64,000 nucleotides of DNA from NCBI GenBank assembly GCA_010093605.1, contig MU004186.1, forward strand, positions 265,765 through 329,764, written 5' to 3'. The position numbers and the translations under genes were made by a program. Origin of the DNA: Lophium mytilinum (lineage: Eukaryota). This document shows, one piece after another, positions 23,771-36,696 of the stretch (its first letter is position 1; the number at the start of each line of letters is the position of its first letter). Under the pieces are notes generated by a model. That model saw only the letters and a program-made list of their open reading frames with translations, was not told the DNA's origin and did not search any database.

Positions 23771-25432
23771 TGTGGCAATGTAAAGATGGTTGAAAATTCA
23801 ATGATTGTGCAAGAGGTTGAAAAAAGATGGAATTATCAGTCGATCCTGTCGATGATTGAATGATTGAAGATGCTGCTGTGCTCATCCAAGAGGCCTTCTT
23901 TGCAAAGACTATATACCGGACTTGTGCATGCGTGTGCGCTTGTACCACTCCGAAGCCACACTGGACTACGGCGTGGACGGTGGCGATCCATCGCTCAGAA
24001 TCTCAGTATACACCTGAGCGCTATCCTTGGCCTCCAGCTCAGACCATTCTCAACGGGAAACGCTGTCTCGGCTACGACACCGCCGATGCAAAGTGTGGCT
24101 ATAGAACGAAGTGCGGCCTCCAAGTCGGCGTGTCGGTGCCTCCCATGAAGTCCCGTGTCAGATTATACACCCTACCTGAAAGAGATGGCGTCGATTGTAC
24201 GGGGTACATTGGCTAGATTTGGACATGAAACAAGTCTCATCGGCTCTGAAGAGCCGCCAATCTAGCCCTTGGTAGACTAGCCACGGTTTCAGCTGTATGC
24301 GGACCCCGTGTGGGACTCTACCCTCTTCGGACTCACAGTTGCAAAACAGTGCCCCAAAATCCGGAGTCGGTGTGTAGGCACCGTACCGCCGACTCTACGG
24401 TTATGTCACGTCCGGGTTCGTCCTTGCTCAACACCTATACGGTACTCGCGTATCTCGAATCGTATACGCTATACTCAGTCGTATATACTCCCGAGATGTA
24501 TGTGGGCCCTTCGGCTCGGACTGACGTAGGCAACCAAGAACCGTCTGAGAGCCGCCTACGAGGCTACGTTCTTTAGTTAACGGAGCGAGGATCGTGCTGT
24601 CACTTCACTACTCTCCTCCGCCATCTCCACTTCTCTATGGCTGTATTACTCACCGACTCGCCGACTCCGTCGATGATGTCTTTGACAAACTCTCACGGTA
24701 ATGAGGCTCAAAATGAGATGACGCAGGGTTGGGCCCTTCTCTGGCCTGGTGTCTGACAGCACCAAGGCCTAGCTGAAATGCTTGTCAAAACTAACGCATG
24801 CGAATACCCATAGAGCCCGTTGCTAAGCTTTTCCCTGCCTGCTCACGGCATCACGATCTCAATCGTCATCAAGAGGTCGGACTCACGAGGCTGCAATCAC
24901 AATTTACCAGGTTGAGCCTCAATTTGAATTCCTTCCTTCTATGCATTCTCCCATACTACGGAGCTTCGGTCGTTTGCGCAGCTTCTCTCGCTGCGATCCG
25001 ATTATCATCTATAAACTACTTAATAGCCCATCCCCCCATCGCATCATCTTGCACAATCCTAGCTGCGCTATCGCAATCGTAGTTGTGACAAGATCTTCGA
25101 ACTTGCCATGCCCATCGGCGTCTCACGAGCGACATTCACGGACTCATTTAAATGAGTGAAGTCGTTGATGTGATCCTCCATTTTCTCTACTTCATGCGTC
25201 ACATGTAGCGTTCACATAGTCCGATTGTCGACACAATCAATGAGAGCAGAGATATATGCAAAATATTCAAGACGATGTATTCGCGCTACTTATTTGAATC
25301 CAAAGGGCCGTCCTCTCTACGAGATATACAATAGGCCGACCCTAACATCGCCACTCCGGACTCCGTTTTCTAAATTCTAAGCTCTCGCATCGGAACAACA
25401 CCCCCTGCATCTCAGATGCCGCTCGGTTCAAT

Positions 25433-27060
25433 CTACTTCCGGTAAGTGACCCTCGCGGGCATCGAGTCCTTCGGCTTCGCCGTCACATGCAGCGTCTGGT
25501 ACATCCTCTCACCCTCCATCTCTGGGCCAGGGCCCTCATAGCATGCGGCGATGTCGAACTTGCGGATAACGGACACGAGGATCACCTTCGTCTGGACAAG
25601 CGCCATAGCCTCACCAACGCAGAAGCGTGGGCCCTTCTCGAATGGGCGCCACGCGTTCTTGGGCACCGCGAGCGGGTGGCCGTCTGGCACGAGGAAGCGC
25701 TCTGGGTTGAATTCCAGGGGGTTCGGGAAAACGTCTGCGTTGCGCATAATGGCGTAGTCGTTGACGTAGCAGGCGAAAGGCCAGGTTGGGTAGGTCTGGC
25801 CTTCGTAAGAGAGGGGATGTCTGGGAAACTGTTAGTAATGTTCGCATTCGTTATCTCATATGGCACTCACTCTTTGCTTCCGAAACGGTAAGATCCAGCG
25901 ATCGGCGGCCACTTGCGAAGCGTCTCTTTAATCACTGCGAGCGTGTAGTCCATCTTGTTCAAGAGCGCCGGGTTCGCCTTGATGATATCTGCCGCCGCAT
26001 CGACATCGGTACCGAGTATCTCATCAAGCTCGGCGCGCACCTTTGCGAGGACTGCAGGGTGGCGGCTCAGCTCGTGGAAGATGTAGCAGACGGTGTTTGC
26101 GGAGGAGTCGTGGCCAGCGAAGATAACGGACTTGATCTGGCTGGTCATCATTTCAAGAAACTGCGGGCTGATTCCGGTAACCTTGCCATCGGTTTGCTCG
26201 TTGAAGGCTTCCAGGGCCAGATCGACGAAGTGGTGCTTCTTCACCTTCTTGCCCTCGGCGTTGATGGGGTCGGGCTTAGCAACTCGGTCTTGTACGATGT
26301 CGACAATGAGCTTGTTGATTTTCTTCGTGTTGTTGGCGCGTTGCCAGCGGCGGTACAGATTCGGGTCTGGTAGGTATCGAGCCATGAGAGCCACGGGTTG
26401 CAGATCGGCCTGCATGCGGATACCGGCCGTGAGAGGGTGGTCCTCGGTTTGGGCCTTGCAATCGATGTCGAGCGCCACGCGGCACATGATGTTGATAATA
26501 ACACGCGCGACGGCTTCCTCCATGTGAAAAACATCGCCTTTCTTCGCATGTCCTTCAAGAATACCGGCGAAGATCTGCGCGTCGTCGATGATTTTGGGGA
26601 TATGCTGCTGGAGCGCCGAAATGGCGAATCCAGGATTCAACACTCGGCGGACCATCTTCCACTCGGCACCGTTCAGAGCGACGACAGACTTCTTGCCGAC
26701 CAGCGGCTCCATGAATTTGGAGATCATGGCGCCCTTGTCGAAGTTCTTGACCTGGGTGATGTAGGCCGCGATCTCGGGCTCACAAGCGACAAGCTGCGAT
26801 TCGGTGAGTGGCCATAGATCCATGTAGAAGAAGTCGCCCAGGCCGTATTCTTGCTTGATGTAGTGGGCGTAGGCTTGCGGGTTTGCGTCTGGGGGCATGG
26901 AGGCTGCGATTTTGCCCATAACGGGGAGATGGCCGAATAACCAGCTGTGTGGTGGTCCGGGGAGGTTGCGGAACATGCGGCGGTGGGTGATGAGCTTCAC
27001 GACAAACATAACGGTGAGGCCCACCGAGGCGGCGGCCGCGAGCCACAGTTTGTTGCCCAT
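25433..27060 (-). CDS. Cytochrome P450 (StcS/VerA-like); one intron 25821-25870
   Basis: N-terminal anchor plus LPGPPHSWLFGHL; I-helix FAGHDSSA; ExxR KETLR; FNPERF; heme motif PFEKGPRFCVG. Confidence 0.93.
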
Positions 27061-27911
27061 GGTGAGGGTTGAGGGGTGATGATGATGGAGTGGGAGAAGT
27101 AGTGCTTGCAGTCGTAGAGCGAAGGTTTCAGGCTATCTCAAACGATGGAACAAGGCCTAAAGATACTAAGTTGCAATGTCGCGGAGAGGCAACAAAAAAT
27201 GAGAGAGCGGTGCTTGAAAGATGATGTGATTGCAGAGACAGACGGTTAACTTTTGAGGGAGACAAATCCGCCCAGAACCAATGCCGTGAATCCTGATCGC
27301 CTGACCGGACTCTTTGCCGTACAATCTCCATGCTCGGCAGCAATGGGTCTTACCATAAAGTCCGATGATGTATGGGAGTAGCATTGGACTGAACGCGGTG
27401 CTTATGGCGGACATTTATGACTTAGGCCAAAAGGGGCTAGCGTGACGGACTTCCAGGGGTTAGACTACCTTAACCCAACCTCTCTCGTGGCTCTCTCCAT
27501 TCTACTTCAGAAATAGTGCGGGAGATAGTCACCTAGCCAATAGCACTGCCTACGGACCTGTATATCGAGCCGATCCGCCCAGCCCTAGGCTGACAAGATA
27601 CATTCATGCCAGAAATCAAGCATCCGTGGACGGCGTCCGTACCGAGTCTAGTGTATTAGCTTCTCCGGGCAGTTCTAGGCGTGCTCAGGAGATCTTTGAG
27701 GCTATCAAGGTACTGGCAAGTGGATTGGGTTTCATTGGCCTTGTAGACTTCGAATCCGTTTCCTTGAATACCATCACGTGATCTTACCTAGCAAATCATG
27801 TTGACTACTCGGGGCACTGCTATGAAGTGGCGGCGAGCCTACTTCTCTTAACCTGTAAGTCTTCTTCGATCTTAGATCTTCTGCTTTTCAAAGTGATACA
27901 TTCTTCCATCA

Positions 27912-28234
27912 TCACGAGTGTTTCCCGATCCATGTCCTAACCACCTCCGCAATCTCATCACTATTCAATTCCAGGAAGAAAACGTGTCCATTCCCCTCCA
28001 TCCCCACATCTTTCATATGAAGTTGATCCGTGCTCTACCCAACCTGTCGTGTAATCTTGACCGGGCACCAATCATACCCCCATGCCACCATGCCTACGCA
28101 GTCACCACTAGCACCTTCACACTCTTCAACCTCACCAATCACCAGGGCGTAGGGCTCTCAGCTGGAATCACACACTCTTCCCAGCCCTTCTTCAATTGCA
28201 ACTCCGCATCCGGCTAGGTCACCGGAGGCTCATG
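27912..28234 (-). pseudogene. Degenerate 3' fragment of an alpha/beta-hydrolase (secreted lipase/esterase-like)
   Basis: Manual translation gives HEPPVT*P...CVIPAESPTPW*LVRLKSVKVLVVTA*AWWHG (frameshift) YDWCPVKITRQVG*...VGMEGNGHVFFLELNSDEIAEVVRTWI. It has 4 stops and 1 frameshift, and the GxxGNGHxxFLExNS catalytic-His motif is retained. Confidence 0.75.
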
Positions 28235-28610
28235 CGGCAACGAGAATATCCGTAAATCGCCATTTTCTTACCTTCACGCACCCGTGAATATCCGGCTCGA
28301 CGAACGTTGGTTCTGTAGGCTCTGAAGCTATGAGAAAGACAGGGTCCATAATACCGGAAACTAAAAGCGATATTCGAGTGAGAGCTCGACGAAGCAAGTT
28401 GAATGGCTATTTTGACCGTCTGATCACCGCCGTCTAATCATCGCCTAGATTGAGCAACCATGATAAAACGAGAATAGAAGATATTCGGTATTGACGTTCC
28501 CATAGAGCTAAACTACTTTGGAAATGAGGCCATTGGCACCCCAGTATTTCTCCTCACATGACATCTTCCAGACAACATCCCTGATTGAAACTACGCTCAT
28601 TTTACCAAAT

Positions 28611-30225
28611 CTAGACTACATTGCCTTCTCTCTTCGTGATATACGCGAAAACACTCCTCTTATCTCCCACCCCATCCACCTTCGGCGCCGGCACCATCCT
28701 ATACCTATACACCAAATTACTCACCACCTTATACACTTGAAGCATCGCAATATTCTTCCCAATGCAAGTGCGCGCACCATGACCAAAGCTCAAGTCCCCA
28801 CGTTCCATCGCAGCCCGCCTCTCTTTAAACTCAGTCTCCGTTTCATATCCTCTCCGCATCCACCGCTCTGGCTCCCACTCTTCTGCATTCGGGCCCCAGA
28901 CATCTTGTCGGCGTGCAACAACGTAGGGTTTCATACCAACTTCTATTCCAGCGGGGATGACGGAGCCGTCGACCAGGCGGAGGCCCGACGGGGGCGATTC
29001 GCGGATGAGAGGGACGCCGACGGAGAGATGGAGACGGACGCCTTCTTTGACGAGGCCTTCCAGGAAGGGGACCTCCTGGATTTGTTTCCAATTGATCGGG
29101 TAGGAAACGTTTGCTTCTTTCATAGCGGCGTACAGCTTGTCCTGCTGTTCAGGGTGTGCGAGGAGGTAGGTTACGATACCCTGTAGAACCTTGGAGGAGC
29201 CGAGCGCGCCAGCGCCCATGTTGACGACTGCGGTGGACGTGATTTGCGCTGGCGTCATGATGTCCGGGTACTTTTCTGCGGAGGCGATGAAGTGAGACAA
29301 CATGTCCATTCGCTCTGGCGGAGGTGCGTTGAGCCGGTCGGCAACTTTGATTTCTGAGAATTCGACGAAGGTATCGCGTGTAGGTGCGAGTACGCCGAGG
29401 TAGGCGAGGAGCGGGTTTCCAGCAAGAAATTTGTGGAGGATGGGCATTTGGATCACGTGGCGCACGTATTGGACGATTAGGCCTTGGAACTTGATGAGGT
29501 TGTATGCGTCTTTGCCACTATCCAGGAAACCGATGGGGGAGCCGAAGGAGAGATAGCCTACAACATCGTAGGCGTCTGATTTGGTCAGCCTGGGGCTTTG
29601 CTAGCCATGTAACGTAGCACTTACAGTAGAATAGCCACCGAGCAATATCAATTGGCTTGCCCCCTGCTGTGAATTTATCGATTTGTCCGAAAAGCTTCTC
29701 GAGCATCTCATCTACTTGAACCTCATAGTCCAGTAGAGAGGAGAGCGAATAGGCACCGGCAATGGGTCGACGGTATTTCCCATGCTTTTCGGGGTTGCGG
29801 ATCGTTACGATATTTTCGGTTCGCCCATGAGATAGGATGACTTCGATTGCGGAAGGCTAATGACATAAGTTCAATTAAAGAAGGCAAGAATTGGAATTAG
29901 CAGTTGGGATTACCTTGTGTAATCTGGCCTTGTTTCCATAGATAGCGGGAATATTGGCAGGATCCGCGACATTCACAGCATGAGGGCCGACTCGAACAAC
30001 ATCGCCATACTTCTTGTGCATTTCATGCATGTAGTCCGCATCGCCGCCCGTCTTCTTAGTTTCCAAAAGTCGCCAGAGGTTGGTGTATTTCGCAAGCCAT
30101 GGTCCAGGGATATCATTGAGTCCAGCAGTCCGACTTTGGTGTACTTGGTACGCAACTAGGAAGATTATTGATCCGGCAATGAGGAAGAAAGGATGAGATA
30201 AAACGGGTGCCAGTATATTCGACAT
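28611..30225 (-). CDS. Cytochrome P450 (pisatin-demethylase-like clan); introns at about 29858-29913 and 29576-29624
   Basis: IPGPWLAKYTNLWR, HKKYGDVVRVGP, KEGVR (ExxR), WEPERW, heme motif SFGHGARTCIG. Confidence 0.92.
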
Positions 30226-31242
30226 AATTGGTCCGAGAGCCAATGAAGTCGTTGAGATAAACTATCCCAATGTGGCTAAGCAGTCTTCGCAGCAATATGC
30301 AAGGCAACAACAGAAGTCGATAGAAAGCCTTTGACGTAGATAGAAGATAGAACGCAAATACGTAGAGCTTGGAAATAACTATGTGCTCATGTGGTCAGAG
30401 GTAAATAACTCATATCGGACTCTTTCTTTGTTGACCCGTGCGCCACCAAGTCATCAAGCCTGTCATTTCCACTCCGCTGGGAAACGGGCGGAGTTCGCGA
30501 AGCAGAACCCGCTAGATCTGTGAGTATGCAGTCCGTGCAAACGGCTGCTGAGATCTCTATGCAGGCACTGACGCCTGTCAGCCTCTTGGCCTTCAAGGAT
30601 GTAAGTCAGATGGCGGAGTCCGTCTTCCTTGCATAACGAAACCCTCAGGATTTGAATCCCACATTGTCATGTTGCAATGTTCAGACAGTATGATAGGAGG
30701 GAATTTGCAGGTACATACTGTGCCGCAGAGGCAAGTTGGAACGATACAGCACTCCCCATGCTTCGCCACCCACAGAGTCGGAACAACGTTTTAGAATTAT
30801 TAAATTTGATTTTTCCTTGCCGGTAGGCTGAGGTCGACACTCCGACACCTGACGAGGACATTCCTCAGCTGCAAGAATCAGTCTGTTGTATGGAAGACGT
30901 TGTGGTGTTGGATGAAACAAGAAGAGGCACAAGTACTAATGCTTCGTCTCAAGCGCGACAAGGGTCCAGCCACTACGGACGTCGATCCGTGTAGATCACC
31001 TCCGTCACCAACGCCCACTCGCCGGTGGCAGCGAGGCTAGTCCCAATGCGTGTCTCGTACTCGGGTTTGGGTGAAGCACTCAGATCGCTATATCTTGCGT
31101 TTGTCCGCCGTATGTAAGCTCCTCCCCGCAAACAAAATCTCCCTCTTTCTTCTGTGCACCTGTCTCATCCAGCTGAACTCTAAATCTAATTCCAATATTG
31201 GAACTGTCGCTCACTACACCAACCACAACTACCAACACCACC

Positions 31243-32058
31243 ATGACTCTCGATAGCCACGGCCAGCTTTCCGTGGCAGAACTCGCTATCTATGGACCAT
31301 GCGCCATCGTCTGCTTCGTGGTAGCATTCAAACTGGGCTGGCGAAGGTCTCTTACGTGGCTTTATGTCTTCACCTTCTGCAGCATCCGTATAATCGGATG
31401 CATAATGGAGGTGCTCGCACAAGTGAAGAACGATCCGAGCAAGCTTCAAACCGCCGGTATATTGGATGGAGTTGGTCTTTCACCACTTTTGCTAGCGATG
31501 ATGGCTCTCTTGTCACTCGGGTAAGTACTTACTGAGCAGAGTTGTTCGCGTCAGTGCTAATCGAGACGCAGTTGCAAAGGACTTCCCCAGACGAAGATCA
31601 ACACGAAACAGCTCCACTGGCTGCATCTGCCCATCCTCACCGGTCTCGTCCTAGTTCTTGTCGGAGCAAAGAAACTCTTCAAACCAGATGGAAGCGACCT
31701 TAGCAAGTACAAAGCGCTCGCAAGCGTTGGAATCGTCCTCATGATCCTTTCGTTCGTCGTCCTAGTCGCTTTGACGGCCGTCGCATTGATCCGTGCGAAC
31801 GTGGCCTCGGGCGTGGTCGAGAAGAAATACCTATTCGCAATCGCTTTCAGCATTCCGTTTCTCTGCGCTCGTTTGATCTACTCCGCTATCTTCTTCTTCA
31901 CCGAAAACACCGACTTCAGCCCCGTAGGCGGCAACCTCGTCATCCAGATATGCCTTCAAATCATCGAAGAGATGGTGACTGTTTTCGCATACTTGATCGT
32001 CGGCTTTGCGTCGAACAAGCAAATGGAAAAGAGAATTGAGTTGAGGAGCTACTCGTAG
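31243..32058 (+). CDS. Multi-pass integral membrane protein (DUF7702/RTA1-like fungal family); one intron near 31521-31570
   Basis: LSVAELAIY, WLYVFTFCSIRIIG, GVGLSPLLLA, SIPFLCARLIYS, LQIIEEMVTV; about 7 hydrophobic segments. Confidence 0.8.
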
Positions 32059-32895
32059 GAGGCTGAGATGAGGCTGTGAGGGTGCATAGCAAATGATTCC
32101 CGCATCGAAGGAATGCAAATTGAGCATAGCACGGCGTTTTAAGGAGTCAAGACCTTGCAAACGCGGCGGCGATTCGCACAAGATCGAGAGTACGACAGGA
32201 GCGTCTTTAGATCTGGGTTTCTTACTGGGTTTCCTTGTTGGGGAGCATACTACGAGCATAGACACTGTCTATCTGCAATTCACACGATTCTTTCTCGTGT
32301 ATCAATATGAAATATAGAAATTACCGTTGATTGATGCGGTATCTAATTTTAAACATCTCTCTACTAATTCGTGAACCGCTGGACCTGGGAGCCCTGAGAA
32401 TCATGGTGTCGGTGCCCTAGGAACGGACGGTACTGAGCCAACGATAAATGTGGAGGTCATCCGATCAGCCATCGAGTTTTCGGATTCAGGCTTCGTTCAT
32501 TGGCCAAAAAGTCCGGCAACCAGGAGGCTGGGCGAAACCCGTGTGTCCCCAGTTTTAGCGGGAGTCTGTCGATCCGATATTGCGGCGGGTAACAAGGTAC
32601 GCCAGCATGCGGCGGAGTCCATACGTGTCGACAACGAGCCCCAAGAGGCGATGTGATGGCGAAGCGCTCTCCTTTCGAAATAAGTGGACGTGGTGGAGTC
32701 TGGTGAATGTTTGATTAATTAGGGGGCTGGCGCCTTGGCATGTTTGCTGTGGCTGGATACATCGCACCGCCACACCTCTAGTCTCCACCCGCCCTTGGAG
32801 CACAAACATTGCATCGTATTGATCAACAGAGATGCGGATAGCTGGGAACAAACGTGTCATGAGCAGCAGAACATCAAAAACCACTTTTCTCCACG

Positions 32896-34191
32896 ATGCT
32901 TCCCCCAATTGACCTGTCAACGCTTGACCAAAATCCAGGCTTCAACGCGCTGTACAAGGACCTGACCACGAGGAAATTCAATACCGATGGCTCATCCAAG
33001 GATCTCAAAAGACAACGAGCACATGCCGAAGTGCAAAAGGTAGGGCCTCAATACTTGCTATTTCGCTATGTCTTTTGCACATCAATTTCTTCTCTTCAAC
33101 TTACTATTCAGCCTTTTGACCATTCATCCAGAAGCTCCAAAGCGCAAGAATCGAAGCAGCAAAGTCCCAAATTCTACGTGCTAGCCTAATCGATCTCCCT
33201 TCCAAATCAGATGGCCTACCTCCAGAGGTATGTATTGGGTTCTTGCCCCTACATCAAACTCTCAAACTGACCAACTCAGCTTCACGAAGTAATCGAGATC
33301 ATTTGCGCCCAGTTGAACGGTCAAATACCCCCAGAAGATCGTGACATCCTCCAAGACGACGCCGATTACTTTCTCGTCAGTCATTATCATCTCTCGAAGA
33401 TCCTGACGACACGGGTCTAACACAGAAACTACAGGAAAACATCGCCCCAATCACCGCAGCCATATCCGCCAACCTCACAATCACCGCTCAACATCTAGCC
33501 CGCATCGCCAACCCATCAGGCACGCCCCTTCTGTCTCCTCCTTTCTACCTGTAACATTGATCTAACCATCTCCTAGCCTCCGACCCCCCAGACCCAGCAA
33601 CCCTCCCCAGCGCCACGCTCTCCCTCCTCGACTCCAACACCGCTCTAGCCAACGACCTAACCACCACCCGCCACTCCCTCGCAACCCTTGCCTCAACGCT
33701 CCTAACCACTCACACCTCCCTCCTGACCGCCCTCATCCGCATCCTGGAGCAGACCCTCCATGGCGCTGTATCCCGCGGCACGCGCGCCCACGCGGAGCAG
33801 CTGGCTGTGAAAGCTGACGTGTTGAACGCGCAAGCTAGGTATACCACCTTCCCTTTCCTCCATCTTCTTGTTCCTTTGTTGGACAGGTATACACGTTGAA
33901 GATGTGTCAAATCATGGGACTAGTCTGAACTGACCTGTTTTCAGTATCCACGCACTCACGCACCCCCTCCCGACGCCGCTCGTGGAGTCACTGAAAGAGT
34001 ACTCGGCTGCGCTGGAGAAGGAGCAGTTGAGACTCAAGACGCGCGAGCGAGCGGCGCTGAAGATGCTGAAGGCGTACGAGGACGCAGGAGGGAAGGGGAT
34101 GGCGGAGATCGCGGGGAGGTTTGCGGAGGTGGGACGGGAGATGGAGAGGGTAAGAGAGGAGATTGAGAGATTAGAGAGTGGTAAGAAATAG
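32896..34191 (+). CDS. Conserved coiled-coil protein, probably augmin/HAUS4-like; multiple introns
   Basis: Starts MLPPIDLSTLDQNPGFNALYKDLTTRKFNTDGSSK, contains LIRILEQTLHG, ends LKAYEDAGGKGMAEIAGRFAEV...EIERLE. Several GT-AG introns. The HAUS4 label is from memory of the C-terminal pattern. Confidence 0.65.
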
Positions 34192-34619
34192 GGGTGGGTG
34201 ATTAGCAGAAGTGGTAGATTTCCAATGTCACACTCCTGTTTATCTTAATCACATGCAACAAAGTATAATTCAAGAAATCGGAAAGCCCGAACGGGCATAT
34301 ATGGCCAAAACTATAGACGCCCCAGAAATGAACAAGACAAATCCTTAGTACATAGCCCTACAAGGCCCGCAACTGCTATAAACGCGTGCCGTGCGTATTC
34401 GGCCAAAGATACTCCATGAACGCCGTCGAAATGAGCTTCGCTTCCCGTCGTAGTTCTACATTTGCGTGTCGCAGAGGCTCAGCCCTGGTCGCAGTCGTGT
34501 TCCATCACCGCCGGGACGCCGGAATGTGTGTGCCCGGACTCTTTGCTCTCTTCTCTTTCTCGCTAGCGTCTTGCTAGGGGAGACTGTCATGTCTTTGGTT
34601 GCATGGGCTTTATGTGCCT

Positions 34620-35741
34620 TCATTCGCTCTTCTTTCCCCCGTCTAGTCTTTCGAGATAGGGTTCCATGACGTCCAGGCAGTTTGGTCGCTCTTGGTCACA
34701 TCGGGGGAAGTTGGCGACGAAGTCTGCCTCCTGGTACATGCCCTTGGCGTTGTTGCCGGTTGTGTCGATGGTGTAGGAGTTGAAGGTTCGCTGGGGAACG
34801 AGGGCGAGCTTGGCGAGGATAGTGCCGTGCCATCTACACGAGATCTCGTCAGAATACATTAATACAATTCGGNNNNNNNNNNGGGCGAGGTCTGATGCGG
34901 AATCGGGATCTGGGAGTCTCGAGGGCATACTCACTGCACAATATGCTCCAGCGCATGTCCCTCAGCCTTCTGGAAGTTGTAGCTCCTGTATAAGGGATCG
35001 AACCACGCATCCAAGAAATATTTCGCCCATTCGCCTCTCCGCACAATGAAGCTGGACTGCGAGAGACCATCATGGTCCTGTGATATTACAAAGTCTATAC
35101 GATCACCCTTTAGGTGTTCAAATGTTCGAATGACGCTGTCTGGCGGCACGACAGGCTCGTTGGTGATCATGAGTGACTCCAGGCGTTCCTTATTCATTAT
35201 GTGGTCAACCAGGGAGAGGTCATGATTCATTATGAGGGCCGTGTGTTCCAGATACCAGGCGAACGAGGCTCCGGGGTATTTAGTCATTGCGTGTCGGACA
35301 GCCGGGACTTTTGTCCAGGTGAGAGGCTGGTCGTGGAGGATGGAGCGGTAGTCGTTGGCATTGGCGAAGAAAGTTGCGTAGCCTGGTTGGTGATCAGTCT
35401 TGAGAGAGTTGTTGGTCTTGACAGAATTTCTCACCTTGTCGCATAGCGTAATCATTCCTGTTCTTCTTGACCTTATCCACGAACCCGGCTTCTGCGTTCG
35501 GCGGGAAGACAGTCACTATAACCACCGGTGCTGACCCAGCCGGTATGTAGTCGGCCGACGACCCGCCCGAAGAAAAGATGTAGGTGAGGAAACATATGAT
35601 GCTAAAGAAGCCCGCAATGAGGACGGCTAGAAATCGATAGTCGCGCCGCCGAAAGACCCGGGACAGATTGAATGAGCGTGAGTTGCGCATCGCGTATGGT
35701 GGAGGGCGCGATGACTTGCGGGGCGGCATGGCGAAGTGCAT
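34620..35741 (-). CDS. GT34 (GMA12/MNN10 family) alpha-1,6-mannosyltransferase subunit, Mnn11-like; 2 introns; assembly gap inside the second intron
   Basis: Starts MHFAMPPRKSSRPPPY; type II TM anchor; WTKVPAVRHAMTKYP; WFDPLYRSYNFQKAEGHALEHIVQ|WHGTILAKLALVPQRTFNSY. Confidence 0.9.
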
Positions 35742-36696
35742 GTTCGAGGTGAATCCAGGAGGTGAAGGCCAGATCTGTCAAGCTTCGCGTAGCGCGGCGG
35801 GTTCTTTGAGGTAGCGACTGGATTCGCAAAGGGACTGGATCACGACACCATGTCTGAGGCTTGTCGGGCGCGACGCTGAGCCTGTTCTCTCAGCGGTTTT
35901 GAGGTGGGAGTAGGAAAGGGAGTGGTGCGTGAAATTGCAGACTCGTCGGTGGTGTCTTGCCCGACGCTTGGCAGTCAGATTTGGAGATTGGGGGCACGGG
36001 GGGCTAGATCTGCCCCTGTTCCTCGCCATCACCACCTCCTGTTCGGAGTATAGACGCTCAACCCCAATCGAAGTCTGGATCTGTATCGTATGTTCTCCAT
36101 GGTACAGTTCCCGGGGATCGCGTGTGCTTTAAGCTTCAACTCAAGCTTGTGCCTGATCGGCCTGAAACGTTAAGCACACGCGTCTTGCTGACGAGCCATG
36201 GGTGCTGGTAGGCCTTCGCGTGGCTGGACTCTTAGAACCTTGGAAAACGGATCTAGTTAGGCGTATCCAGTAAACGCTATTCGCGGCTATCTCATGGTTC
36301 CTGCGATAGTCTTGAGCTTGCAATTGGTTGATGGCGGCTAGAGCATTCAAGAAGGCTTCCTACTTTCACTACCTTTGTAACAAGCGTCTCACATCACAAC
36401 ACTCTTGAGAAGCTTTCTCTTTCAATTATTTTTACAGCAGCGGTAAAGTTTGAGTAGCTTACAGTATTCAAGTACGCTCGGGACTCTAAACCTGGATCTG
36501 GCAACCCGCGGAAAAGGTGCCGAGCACATGGCAAATCGGCCGTTAATCGACTTATCACTTATGACGTTACCCGCCGTCACAGCAGAGGGCAATGCTATTT
36601 CCATGTCAATGAGACACTCTTCTTTACATTCTATTCTACATTGCCCAATTCTTCATTCTATCACAAAGTCATCTACCTTGTGTTTTCACCATCAAA

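Noticed and set aside
25821..25870. Apparent frameshift in the first P450
   Set aside because: Resolved by a 50-nt intron using the CCCAG acceptor, giving GSKEHPLSYEGQTYP.
34873..34882. N run within the GT34 gene as a disruption
   Set aside because: It is an assembly gap lying within an intron; the flanking exons join in frame.
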